Shown in pieces: positions 21,188 through 31,347 of a DNA stretch of 36,207 nt. Made by a program: the position numbers and the translations under genes. Below the pieces are notes generated by a model. That model worked only from the letters and a program-made list of their open reading frames with translations. It ran no database searches and was not told the DNA's origin. The stretch comes from an uncultured archaeon (GTDB lineage Archaea > Asgardarchaeota > Lokiarchaeia > Sigyniarchaeales > SOKP01), in assembly GCA_964525635.1 (NCBI GenBank), contig CAZGJX010000034.1, positions 1 through 36,207 on the forward strand. The letters are read 5' to 3'. How positions within the stretch are numbered: position 1 is the stretch's first letter; each line of letters begins with the position of its first letter.

Positions 21188-22552
21188 ATGAATGAAAAAG
21201 ATAAATTTAAAATCCCTTGGGTCGAAAAATATAGACCTAAGAGTATTAAAGAAATGGCTATACCATCAGCAAAAGTTAAGGGTCAAAAAGTAAATCTAGC
21301 CGAAGAATTAATTGAATTCATAAAAATATTTTTCAATGATATAGAAAAAATAAATAGATTTAATCAAGAAATAAGGGTTTTTAATAGAAACGCTCAAGAA
21401 AAGGAGCAAAAAAAAGAAAAAAATCTTCCGCAAGAAAAAGCAGCAGTGTTATTAGAAGGTCAACCTGGTATTGGGAAAACATCAATAGTTTATGCAATTG
21501 CAAATGATCTAAATATGGAAGTTATTGAAACTAATGCCTCAGATACTAGAACTCGTGATACACTGGAGGCAAAATTAAAAGAATCTTCAAAATCAAAAGG
21601 AATAATGGATTTTATTTCAGAAAGTAAAAAAAAACTTATTTTAATTGATGAAATTGATGGAATATATGGAACTAAAGATAGAGGTGCTGTACCTACAATT
21701 TTAGAATTAATAAAAAGTACGCAATTCCCAATAATTATGTGTGCTAATGAATACAAAACTAGCTTACAATCCCTCTATAATGCTATTCCTAGATATGAAG
21801 TAAATCCATTATCTAAAAGTGAAATACTTAAAATTATAAATAAAATCATTGAAAGAGAACAAATCGAAAGTATATCTCAAGAGGATTTAGAATTAATTAT
21901 GGGTAAAAATGAAGGAGATCTAAGAGGTTTAATAAATGATCTTCAAGCATTAAGTCAGATTACAGATGAAAATCCAATTGAGAGAAATAAAATAATATTA
22001 AGTTTACATAGAGATACAACAAAAGAGATCTTTGGTATTATAAGAGATTTATTTCAAACTGTCAATACTTTAAATGAAGCTCGAGATTTAACAAATAAAT
22101 CAGATGTAGATTATAATTTCCTTTATAAATGGATAAATGAGAATTTACCTAGTTTTATACAAAATAAAAATGATCTTACTAATGCATTTGAAAATTTAGC
22201 TATCGCTGATCAAATATTTGGGCGAATAAATAAAAATATGCAATGGTCATTATTACCTTATTTTTATGATCTTTTTGCTGGGGGAGTAGCCCTTCCAGGA
22301 ATAGAAAATCGCTCAAAAGGATTTAAAACCGTTTCTTTTCCTAGATATAGTTCTTCGACTTCTTATTCCTTTAATATATCCGAAAAGAGTTTAATTCAAA
22401 AAATACAAGCTAAATATCCCCTTTCTGAAATCGAAGTCTTTCGAGATTTTATTCCTTTCCTTAGGATTTTTATAAGTATTTCTCGTAGAAATTTAAAAAT
22501 TGTTAGTGATTGGTTAGAATTAGATGCTAAAGAAAAAAAGCTTTTAAAATAA
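21188..22552 (+). CDS. rfcL: Replication factor C large subunit
   Basis: PWVEKYRP, GQPGIGKT, IETNASD.R, LIDEIDG, PIIMCAN, GDLRGLINDLQ, WINEN, WSLLPY. ATG 21188 preferred over TTG 21164, which overlaps the previous gene. Confidence 0.93.
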   Translation: MNEKDKFKIPWVEKYRPKSIKEMAIPSAKVKGQKVNLAEELIEFIKIFFNDIEKINRFNQEIRVFNRNAQEKEQKKEKNLPQEKAAVLLEGQPGIGKTSIVYAIANDLNMEVIETNASDTRTRDTLEAKLKESSKSKGIMDFISESKKKLILIDEIDGIYGTKDRGAVPTILELIKSTQFPIIMCANEYKTSLQSLYNAIPRYEVNPLSKSEILKIINKIIEREQIESISQEDLELIMGKNEGDLRGLINDLQALSQITDENPIERNKIILSLHRDTTKEIFGIIRDLFQTVNTLNEARDLTNKSDVDYNFLYKWINENLPSFIQNKNDLTNAFENLAIADQIFGRINKNMQWSLLPYFYDLFAGGVALPGIENRSKGFKTVSFPRYSSSTSYSFNISEKSLIQKIQAKYPLSEIEVFRDFIPFLRIFISISRRNLKIVSDWLELDAKEKKLLK

Positions 22553-22591
22553 TTATACATAACTAATAGTTCAGGTAAAATAGAATATAAT

Positions 22592-23863
22592 ATGAAATTA
22601 TCAGAAAATATACAAGAATATATTAAGCAAAGAGTTATTTCCCGATTTATTAAATATGTAAAAATAAATAGTTCTTCAAATGAAAATACTGATACTTTTC
22701 CATCAACGAACGAACAGTTATTCTTTGGTAAAATATTAGTTGATGACCTAAAGGAACAAGGAATTAAAAATATAGCTCATGATGAGTATGGTTATATTTA
22801 TGCAAATTTACCTGCTTCAAAAGGATATGAAAATATTAAATCCATTGGATTTATAGCTCATTTAGATACTTCTCCAAGTGTAAGTGGTAAAAATATTATA
22901 CCCGTAATACATAGAAATTATAACGGAGGAGAAATTTATTTTGAAAAGAATAAATCCTTAATATTATCTCCAAAAGATTCTCCAGAATTAATGAAATATA
23001 TTGGATATGATATCATAACTTCTAAGGGAGATACCCTTTTAGGAGCAGATGATAAGGCAGGAATTGCTGAAATTATAACTGCTTGTGAAACTTTAATAGA
23101 AAATCCAGAGATAAAACATGGACCAATTGTAATTTGCTTTTTTCCTGATGAAGAATTAGGAAAAGGAACACAAAAAATCAATTTATCAAAACTACCAGAA
23201 ATCTGTTATACAATTGATGGTTCAGAAATGGGATTTTTAGAAATTGAATGTTTTGACGCTTGGAAAGTTAATATCAATTTTAAAGGATTAAATATTCATC
23301 CGGGATATGCAAAAGATTTGATGATTAACTCTATCCATATTGCAAGTAGGTTTTTAAGTGATTTACCAAAATTAGAGTCACCAGAGCATACTGAAAAAAG
23401 AGATGGTTTCTATCACCTCTGTTCTCTTGAAGGAAATGTAGAAGAATCCAAAGCTATATTGATTATCAGGGATTTTGAGGAATCAAAAAATAAACAAAGA
23501 ATAGCTTATTTAAAAGAATTAAAGGAAAAATATGAAAAAAAGTATTCTGGTCTTAAAATATCTATGGATATTACCCATCAATATAAGAATATGAATAAAT
23601 TTTTACAAAATCATCTTAATATAATTAACTACGCCAAAGAAGCGATTAAAAAGTCAAATATTAATTTTAATCTTCATTCTATAAGAGGAGGAACTGATGG
23701 AGCTTATTTGAGTGAAAATGGAATTCCAACACCAAATATTTTTACCGGAGGCCTTTTATTTCATTCTAAAAAAGAATATATCCCCACCATCGCTTTACAA
23801 AAAGCAACAGAAGTTATAATTTATATAGCGGAAATATATGCTAAAAAAAGTATAATTAATTAG
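22592..23863 (+). CDS. pepT: Peptidase T (M20B tripeptide aminopeptidase)
   Basis: AHLDTS, TLLGADDKAG, PDEELG, HPGYAK, IRGGTDG, PTPNIFTGG..FHSKKEY. Confidence 0.96.
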   Translation: MKLSENIQEYIKQRVISRFIKYVKINSSSNENTDTFPSTNEQLFFGKILVDDLKEQGIKNIAHDEYGYIYANLPASKGYENIKSIGFIAHLDTSPSVSGKNIIPVIHRNYNGGEIYFEKNKSLILSPKDSPELMKYIGYDIITSKGDTLLGADDKAGIAEIITACETLIENPEIKHGPIVICFFPDEELGKGTQKINLSKLPEICYTIDGSEMGFLEIECFDAWKVNINFKGLNIHPGYAKDLMINSIHIASRFLSDLPKLESPEHTEKRDGFYHLCSLEGNVEESKAILIIRDFEESKNKQRIAYLKELKEKYEKKYSGLKISMDITHQYKNMNKFLQNHLNIINYAKEAIKKSNINFNLHSIRGGTDGAYLSENGIPTPNIFTGGLLFHSKKEYIPTIALQKATEVIIYIAEIYAKKSIIN

Positions 23864-24047
23864 CTAATAAACTATTTAAAAATCATATTTCTAATCATAA
23901 TTAGAGATATAATTAATTATAGTTTTAATCTCAATATTTTAAAAGTATATATTCAATATTTTAAAGGAAAGGATTTTTTAATTCTTTTCAATTATAAACT
24001 TATTAATAATTAAAAAAAAATAAATAATACCTAATAATCACAATAGT

Positions 24048-24722
24048 ATGGAATCTATGTTAGAAGAAAAAAATATGTTACAGGAAATAGATGAAACAAT
24101 TAGGGGAATTGATAATATCAAAAATTCTCTTAGTATAGCAAAACAAGCATTTGTTAAACTGGAAAAAGATAAAGAAGAACTAAGTAACGCAACAATTTCA
24201 CTTGAAAGAGAGAAACAACAACTTGAAAATGAGAAAAAAAAATTAGAATCTGAGAAAAATAGGTTAGAACAAGAAAAAGAAAACCTTGAATTAGCAACAA
24301 AACAATTACAAAAAGAAAAACAAGAAAGAGATCAAAAAATCGGTGATTTAACTTCAGAACAAATGAGATTACTTGATGAATATCAAAGCCTAAAGAGTGA
24401 ATTAAACCAACTCTCTAAACTTGTTGAAGATCAAGAAGAGGCGGAATTTAATTTTGAGAGAATTAAAGCATTATTATCAATAACAAAATTATTGATTAAA
24501 GAAATCTGGCAAGGACAACCACATTACAGGATTCTATTAAATCTTCACGGGGGAAAAGAAGAGATGACAAGAGAGGATATAAAGAATTCCACGGGGATAT
24601 CTGGTGCTATGGTATTAAGAGCTGTTCATGAATTGGCAAATATTGATGTAGTAGAATATGATGAAGATACAGGAAGGGTAAAGTTAAAAAAACGTTTATT
24701 TGCAAAAAAAGCTATAGAATAG
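24048..24722 (+). CDS. Coiled-coil protein with C-terminal winged helix
   Basis: Heptad repeat LExEKxx over the N-terminal half; C-terminal MTREDIKNSTGISGAMVLRAVHELANIDVVEYD is wHTH-like. Confidence 0.75.
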   Translation: MESMLEEKNMLQEIDETIRGIDNIKNSLSIAKQAFVKLEKDKEELSNATISLEREKQQLENEKKKLESEKNRLEQEKENLELATKQLQKEKQERDQKIGDLTSEQMRLLDEYQSLKSELNQLSKLVEDQEEAEFNFERIKALLSITKLLIKEIWQGQPHYRILLNLHGGKEEMTREDIKNSTGISGAMVLRAVHELANIDVVEYDEDTGRVKLKKRLFAKKAIE

Positions 24723-24914
24723 AAGATAAATATATTTCATTTTTTCTATTATTAAATTTAATTTTTACTTTCTCTTAATAATGAATAATAATTCCATCTA
24801 AGAAAAAAAATCTTAAAAAGTTATTTCACAAAGTTACCAATCTCCTTTATATAAGAACAAGGAATATAATACTCCAAAGATATATAAAATTCAATAAAAA
24901 AAAGTGTTAATTCA

Positions 24915-27443
24915 ATGAAAAGAAAAACAAATATATTTTCGGGTTATTTAATTTTCCTAGTCATTAGTTCTATTCTCATTGCTAACATTACATCAATATA
25001 TTTTAATCCCTCTAATTATATTGAGAATGAATCTAATAAACCATCAATTATTATTGATCAAGTAAATCCTCCAACAACTTTATCAAGTTCAGGTGAAATT
25101 TATTATAACACTTCAGATTCACTCCGGGATTTAGCAGATCTTAATAATATCAATTTTGGATGTTCAGTAAGTACATGGGAAACATGGGATCCTATGTATA
25201 CAAAAACCCTTTTTCGCGAGTTTAATACAATGTCTACAGGTTATGAATCTATGTGGGTATCGGTACAACCTGAACAAGGCCAGTATAATTTTCAGGCCTT
25301 TGATGATTGGGTAAATATGGCAAAAGAAAATAATATGACAACTATATATAGAGGTGAAATGCTTTGGATGACAAGTTATCCGGAATGGCTAGCATATACT
25401 AATTCTGAAGGAGACCTAAATCAAGTTAGTGATTGGAATCGTACTGAATTATTAGCTATTTTGGATGACTATATCGAAACTGTTGTTGGACGGTACAAAG
25501 ATGATATAGATTATTGGTATATTGCCAATGAGGTAATAGAAACTCCTTATTTTCATGCACCACCATGGACATATGATAATTATACTACAGAAATGCGTCA
25601 TAATTTCTGGTATGATATTATCGGTCCCGATTATCTTGCTTACGCATATAATAAGACCCGTGAAGTAGCCCCTGATGCTAAATTATTTATTAATGAGGGT
25701 TGTTGGTGGGGTAATAATCCTGAATTGGCAGACGTCAGAAATCAATTTTTTTATGATTTAGTCGTCGATCTCTTAAATCAAGGAGTTCCTATTGATGGTG
25801 TTGGGCTTCAATTTTATCACGGTTTAGATTTTTATTATACTGAATATTGGTATCAATATATTAATCATACTCAATTTAGCGAACAAATTAGGATGTTTAC
25901 AGATCTAGGATTAGAGGTTCATATCTCAGAAACAGGTTGTGCAATGTTACCACCAGTTTCTCAAGAAAAACTGCAGGAACAAGCAGAAATATATCAAAAT
26001 TTAACTAAACTAGTATTAGACCATGAAAATGTTACTACTATAGTTATATGGGGAATGAATGATTATATTTTGTGGATGTTGGATGAAGAACTTACCGCTC
26101 CACATCTATTTTGGGAAAATAATGAGCGAAAACCTGCATATTATGCTGTTCAACATCTTCTTCAAGGTAATGACTCAATTTATCAACATGATTTTGATAA
26201 TCCTTTAATTAATCCTCCTTCGACTTCACCCCGCGATATGGTGTATGGATTAGATCCACCATATTTAGCAGAATATCAGATCCTCACTGCAAATTATAAT
26301 AATACAGGTTCTTGGGAGTGGAAAGATGGTGAATATGTATTTGAAAATCTAACTTCGGGAGATCATTTCTGGGTAAATATTAAACAATTATCAGGTTATC
26401 AATTGTATTATAATTTCTCAGATTATTTCAAGATTGATATTTCTATTGATGAAATTGATAACGTTTATAATGGGGATTACTCTGATTATGACACAGGACA
26501 TTTTATTTGGGGTGTAGACTATTATTTTAACCCTGCATGGTGCAATATGGTTATGTCAGAGAGTTCAAGATTCCCTTGGGAAGATTGGTGTGATAGTTTG
26601 GATCTTCATTCTTTAACTCTTTTTGGAGATCCTGAGTTGGAGTTTATCAATAATGAAACTAGTTTTGGATATATAGCAGCAAATGAAAACTATAGTTTAC
26701 ATTTCCAATGGAATAAAAATACAGGGATTCTAGAATATTACAATTATAATTATACAGCAGGAGACACATTCCCCATAGATTTTGAATTTATTAGATTGGA
26801 TGATATTGAACCCCCATCTTGGAATCCTCCTCCTTCAGATCGTATGATTGAATTTGGAATGGATTTCTCATATCAAGTTGAAGCTACAGATATATTTGGA
26901 ATAATGAATTATGAAATAAATAATACAATTAATTTTGTTATTGATGGAAATGGTCTTATAAGTAATAATACTTCCTTATCTGTTGGAACTTATTGGTTAC
27001 AAGTGTTTGCTTATGATACATCTAATAATAATTGCTCTATAATATTTAAAATAATGGTTATCCCAAAAGCATCACCAACTTGGTCACCTAATCCTTCAGG
27101 TCAAGTTATAGAATATGGAGAAGCATTATTCTATGATGTGGATGCTATAGATTTTTCTGGAATTGACCATTATTGGATAAATGATACAATTAATTTTGGG
27201 ATTAATTCCAATGGTCTTATTACTATTAGTGCTATATTAGATAGTGGAACTTATTGGTTAGAAATAAGAGCTTATGATCCAGGGGATAATTATTGTTATA
27301 TTATTATCAGTATCACTGTCGAAGGAAAACCAAAACCTTCAGATGAGATTCCTTGGTATGGATTAGATTTCTTTACTATATTGGGAATTAGTGCACTTAT
27401 AACAGTTGTTGGATTAAAAATGAAAATCAAACAACATAATTAA
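24915..27443 (+). CDS. Surface-anchored GH10 (endo-1,4-beta-xylanase-like) glycoside hydrolase with two C-terminal Ig/cadherin-like modules and Loki-CTERM-like anchor
   Basis: Signal peptide; VVGRYKD.I.YWYIANE (acid/base Glu), PDAKLFINE, VPIDGVGLQ, VHISE (nucleophile Glu), IVIWGMND, KPAYYA; C-terminal IPWY + TM + basic tail. Confidence 0.88.
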   Translation: MKRKTNIFSGYLIFLVISSILIANITSIYFNPSNYIENESNKPSIIIDQVNPPTTLSSSGEIYYNTSDSLRDLADLNNINFGCSVSTWETWDPMYTKTLFREFNTMSTGYESMWVSVQPEQGQYNFQAFDDWVNMAKENNMTTIYRGEMLWMTSYPEWLAYTNSEGDLNQVSDWNRTELLAILDDYIETVVGRYKDDIDYWYIANEVIETPYFHAPPWTYDNYTTEMRHNFWYDIIGPDYLAYAYNKTREVAPDAKLFINEGCWWGNNPELADVRNQFFYDLVVDLLNQGVPIDGVGLQFYHGLDFYYTEYWYQYINHTQFSEQIRMFTDLGLEVHISETGCAMLPPVSQEKLQEQAEIYQNLTKLVLDHENVTTIVIWGMNDYILWMLDEELTAPHLFWENNERKPAYYAVQHLLQGNDSIYQHDFDNPLINPPSTSPRDMVYGLDPPYLAEYQILTANYNNTGSWEWKDGEYVFENLTSGDHFWVNIKQLSGYQLYYNFSDYFKIDISIDEIDNVYNGDYSDYDTGHFIWGVDYYFNPAWCNMVMSESSRFPWEDWCDSLDLHSLTLFGDPELEFINNETSFGYIAANENYSLHFQWNKNTGILEYYNYNYTAGDTFPIDFEFIRLDDIEPPSWNPPPSDRMIEFGMDFSYQVEATDIFGIMNYEINNTINFVIDGNGLISNNTSLSVGTYWLQVFAYDTSNNNCSIIFKIMVIPKASPTWSPNPSGQVIEYGEALFYDVDAIDFSGIDHYWINDTINFGINSNGLITISAILDSGTYWLEIRAYDPGDNYCYIIISITVEGKPKPSDEIPWYGLDFFTILGISALITVVGLKMKIKQHN

Positions 27444-27458
27444 AAATAATAATTAATT

Positions 27459-27748
27459 GAGGGTATTTTTGATTCTTTCATTTTGATTGAAATTTAAGAA
27501 TCATTAATTTAAAGCCGACATTAATTTCGACTATATCAAATCGTTTAGTGTCGGAAGAATATGGGTGATGTTTTTTGAATGAAAATCGCCATTTTATCCA
27601 TTTTCGATAATAAAATTGCCGTTTTTCCTCATTCTTGTAAGATCTTTTCACTCCGACAAATTTCGAGGTGATATAAAGGGGATTTCTGTCGCTATTATTT
27701 GAATGATTTTTAATTTTAGATTCATTACCTAAATTCTAAAATACCCTC
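27459..27748. mobile_element. MITE-like non-autonomous element (290 bp) with terminal inverted repeats and 8-bp AATTAATT flanking duplication
   Basis: Left end GAGGGTATTTTtGAtT and right end AtTCtAAAATACCCTC, flanked by AATTAATT at 27451-27458 and 27749-27756. No long ORF; GC is visibly higher than in flanking intergenic DNA. Confidence 0.72.
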
Positions 27749-27987
27749 AATTAATTTTCTTTTTTTTTTATAATCTAAAACGTTGAATTCAAAGAGATTT
27801 TAGCGTCTTTTTATATATTAATAATAAGTGTAATTTAAATTATTAGTTTTATATTTTAATAAAGGTCATTAATAATTGTAAAATGAATTTTTAATTGAAT
27901 CTACAATAAAATAACAACATTAATTTATAAAAAATATAAAAAAATATCTTGAATTAATTTTAAATACAGAGAATTTTATTATTATAT

Positions 27988-28329
27988 TTGGAAAGCGTAC
28001 TTTCTATCTCTAAAAAAACTCAGCAGGGCAAAATAAATATGAATAATATATGTAATGAAGTAGGAATTTATTATAATCTATTGGAATTTTATAATTCTCC
28101 AAAATACGAGAGACATATAGAGAAATGGAGTTATAGAATTCTAAATGCCCTTGTGAGATTCCCAGAAGTCCAAAATAATGACGATATTTATACGAATGTT
28201 CTTTTGATCAATATTGCATTTTTAAGAAAGTGTTTTAAAAAAAAAATACAACCTACAAAAAAAATAGAGAATTTAACAAATCAAGAGAAAAAAATAGCCC
28301 TTAATCTATTAAAGTCCTGTATTTTATAG
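27988..28329 (+). CDS. Hypothetical protein (start possibly ATG 28039); distant paralog of 33144..33506
   Basis: Open frame with motif-level similarity to the 120-aa ORF at 33144. Confidence 0.55.
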   Translation: MESVLSISKKTQQGKINMNNICNEVGIYYNLLEFYNSPKYERHIEKWSYRILNALVRFPEVQNNDDIYTNVLLINIAFLRKCFKKKIQPTKKIENLTNQEKKIALNLLKSCIL

Positions 28330-28587
28330 AAATCCCTGATAATATATATAAAATTTGTTAATTTACTTTATTCATTTTAACGATATGAATGAATTATATC
28401 ATTATAAGATTCAAAATTAACAATAAGATTTCTGGCAAAAAGGTAATATTCAACTTTTTATAGTATTTAAAAATAATATATATCCTTTTTCCAGAGATTC
28501 TATTCTCCTAATGAAGAATATTACCTTTAATATGACAATTAAATCATTAGGTTCCTCTTGTACTGAAGGTTTAGAGTCTCAACTTAT

Positions 28588-29946
28588 TTAATATTTTTTT
28601 TTATCTAAAGAAGTTTTAATTAAAAAATACTTATATAACTTTTTCTCTATTAATCTAACGTTTGGTAATAGAAATTTATTATATATTATTTCTAATTCAT
28701 TAGGATCTAGCGAATAATATTTAAAAATAATCTCTTTATTTAATGTTTTAGAAGAAAAGTTAAATATTAAATTTGTTGTAGGTAAAAAGACTTTATATAA
28801 ATCCTTATCTTTTTCTGTAAAATTGCAATCAGAATACTCTTTTCTAATATACTCAAATGAATGAGAGAAGAGTAGAAATAGATAATAATAGAAGAAATAT
28901 TTACCACAGAAATAGAAATATTCAATAGATGAAGATGGGATATATGCATTATGGTTAAAACCTATAGAAGTTGTGTCTTTATCTCTTCCTTTCTCCTCAT
29001 ATCCAAGGTTTTTAAGATGTTGAATAGTTTCTTTTGCATAATTCTTTATCTTTATTGTATATTCATATTTCATGAAGAATTCAAATGTTCTACCTGAAAA
29101 TCTAACATTTTCAAAGGTTAATTTTACTCTAAATGGAAGATTATAATACTTAAAGAAAGATTCCCATCTATAAATATTAGGAGCTACATCAATCCAATCA
29201 CTAGTAACATATAGGTCGCAATAGAAAGCAAACTTGGTTCCAAGATCATTAATTTTTTTCTTATAATCAATAATATTATTTTTATTTATAATTAACTCAC
29301 TAATTATATGTTGAATTGCTTCGATTATAGTAATATAAAAACACATAAACTTTCTTCTGTAATTATAAATAACAATTTGATGATTCTGTTGTTCTTTTAA
29401 AGGTATATTGAATTTTTTTTTTATTTCATATTTATTCATATTAAAATCAGTAAAATTTATTTTATAATTACCTTCAAATTCTTCATAAATATTCAAAGGG
29501 ATATCATTATCAGAAAGATAAAGAATTATTTTTTTTTTGAATTCACCTTTTCTAATCAGTATTCTCCTTAATTTATTTGTAAGTTCTAATTTATTTTGAT
29601 GATTAGATTTCCTTGAATCAAAGTAATAATTATTTAACCGATTATTACTTAAATCTTTCATTTCCCTTATTAAATATTTCCCATCCTCAAGATATTTTAA
29701 ATCTTTTAATTCTACTTGATTCCATTTTATTTTATATAAGTGAGGTACAATCAAACATATTTTATTTTCATTAATTAATGTGATTATGTTCTCATAAAGT
29801 ATTTTTTTATTTAGGTTATAATCATTTTTTACTTCTTTTAGAAGCCATTTTTCTAGTTTATATAGAAGACTGGCTTTCAATTTTCCCTTAGATTCAATAT
29901 AATTAAGAATTTTATGTTTTAAATTATGTTTTTCTAATTTAGTCAT
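28588..29946 (-). CDS. Orphan hypothetical protein (452 aa)
   Basis: Long ORF in very AT-rich DNA; no recognisable family motif. Confidence 0.65.
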   Translation of the reverse strand: MTKLEKHNLKHKILNYIESKGKLKASLLYKLEKWLLKEVKNDYNLNKKILYENIITLINENKICLIVPHLYKIKWNQVELKDLKYLEDGKYLIREMKDLSNNRLNNYYFDSRKSNHQNKLELTNKLRRILIRKGEFKKKIILYLSDNDIPLNIYEEFEGNYKINFTDFNMNKYEIKKKFNIPLKEQQNHQIVIYNYRRKFMCFYITIIEAIQHIISELIINKNNIIDYKKKINDLGTKFAFYCDLYVTSDWIDVAPNIYRWESFFKYYNLPFRVKLTFENVRFSGRTFEFFMKYEYTIKIKNYAKETIQHLKNLGYEEKGRDKDTTSIGFNHNAYIPSSSIEYFYFCGKYFFYYYLFLLFSHSFEYIRKEYSDCNFTEKDKDLYKVFLPTTNLIFNFSSKTLNKEIIFKYYSLDPNELEIIYNKFLLPNVRLIEKKLYKYFLIKTSLDKKKY

Positions 29947-30313
29947 ATCTCAAGGTTTATTATGAAATTAATTATATAATGTACTATAAAACAATTGATT
30001 AATTTTTCAACTTAATCTGCTAAGTATTAACCAAAAGATTTTTAATTAATTTTTCTTCAAATATTTAAAATAAAAAGATATGTTTATAACAAATGATAAG
30101 TATTGTAGAAACTCATCAAAAATCAATAGAAGATATTAAAAATTCTATATTAAAATTAATGAAGAATTTAGATTATACCTTAATTTTTAGAATTTATGAA
30201 GATTATTTCTTCATAAATAAAGAAATGTGGACATTTCCAGTTTTTATAATATTGACAATATTTAATAATATGTACAAACCTTCCTTTTAATTCTGATAAT
30301 AATTTTCTCATTT

Positions 30314-30598
30314 TTATATCTCACCACATTTGATTTTATTAATGTTAGAAGACATTCTTAGGAGAGTGATTCTCTGTCTCATCGTCATAAAATCGTTGTT
30401 AGCAAGAGAATTCATTTTTCTTGAGAGATTATCTAATTGTTCTCCAATCATTCTTCCTCTGTTCTCTGCTTCCTCTACCATTTTCTTAAAAAAGATTGCT
30501 ATTTTCTCTTTATAATCGTCAGCAAAATTTTCAGGTGTTTCTCCATCAACATCCTGTATAAAATTATTAGCCCATTCCAACCAATATTTATCGACCAT
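30314..30598 (-). CDS. Small helical hypothetical protein
   Basis: GAGGT RBS upstream of ATG; coiled-coil-like C-terminal half. Confidence 0.65.
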   Translation of the reverse strand: MVDKYWLEWANNFIQDVDGETPENFADDYKEKIAIFFKKMVEEAENRGRMIGEQLDNLSRKMNSLANNDFMTMRQRITLLRMSSNINKIKCGEI

Positions 30599-30786
30599 TT
30601 TTTTTACCTCTTAAAATAATTTAAATTTGATTTGTTGGTGTTTTTTATTATCTCGGTCTAAAAGTGAATTTCTCATAGTATTACAATATTTTACGCATCC
30701 TGACCAATTTTTTTTCCATTCCATTTTTTTAAACACCATTTTTTTTTAATTAACTTCAATAAGATAATATAAATCAGAATATTTAA

Positions 30787-30808
30787 ATGTTTCGATTAGT
30801 CGAAACAT
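30787..30808. promoter_or_regulatory. Perfect palindromic operator candidate ATGTTTCGA-N4-TCGAAACAT
   Basis: 9-bp perfect inverted arms between divergent genes, flanked by TATA-like TTTAAA and TTTATA. Confidence 0.55.
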
Positions 30809-30898
30809 GTTTATATGATAAAAAAAATATATATAATAGAAAAAATTAAAGATTTCTATTAATAGAAACACATAAATTTATCGGTGATTTATTAAATA

Positions 30899-31213
30899 AT
30901 GAAGATGAGAATAGATGAACTACATTTAAAAATATCTGAGATTGCAAAAATCCAGGATCCAGAAAAAGTTAAAAATGCTATTATTGAATTAAATAAAAAA
31001 CTAAATGAACCTAAAATAAAGATTGTATCCAGGGGGAATTGGACATATTTTTATATATATACACTTGAATATGATTCTACTTTCAAGAGAACAAGAGAAA
31101 CAAATTTAGAAAATATAGGAAAATTAGCTAAAAAACATTATGAAGTAAATAAAGAGAAAATTAATAATCTCAGATTTAAGGAATTAAAGAAATATTTAGA
31201 AGATAATTCATAA
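30899..31213 (+). CDS. Small basic protein with a K-x4-G-x2-Y-x-Y...IGK beta-sheet DNA-binding-like motif of mobile-element type
   Basis: GGTGA RBS. KIVSRGNWTYFYIY...KRTRE...NIGK resembles N-terminal domains of archaeal viral integrases and some transposases. Confidence 0.6.
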   Translation: MKMRIDELHLKISEIAKIQDPEKVKNAIIELNKKLNEPKIKIVSRGNWTYFYIYTLEYDSTFKRTRETNLENIGKLAKKHYEVNKEKINNLRFKELKKYLEDNS

Positions 31214-31347
31214 ATAATTATTTTTTTTTTGTAATTTTAAATTTTCAATTATAATTAATTTAAGATTTAATTTATTCAAATATTAATCCAGAATTAGAGA
31301 TTCTTAAATATTATATGAGATTTTAAAAATTTAATAAAAATTTTAGT

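Noticed and set aside
30093-30290. 65-aa ORF
   Set aside because: No RBS or recognisable motif; plausible by chance in AT-rich DNA.
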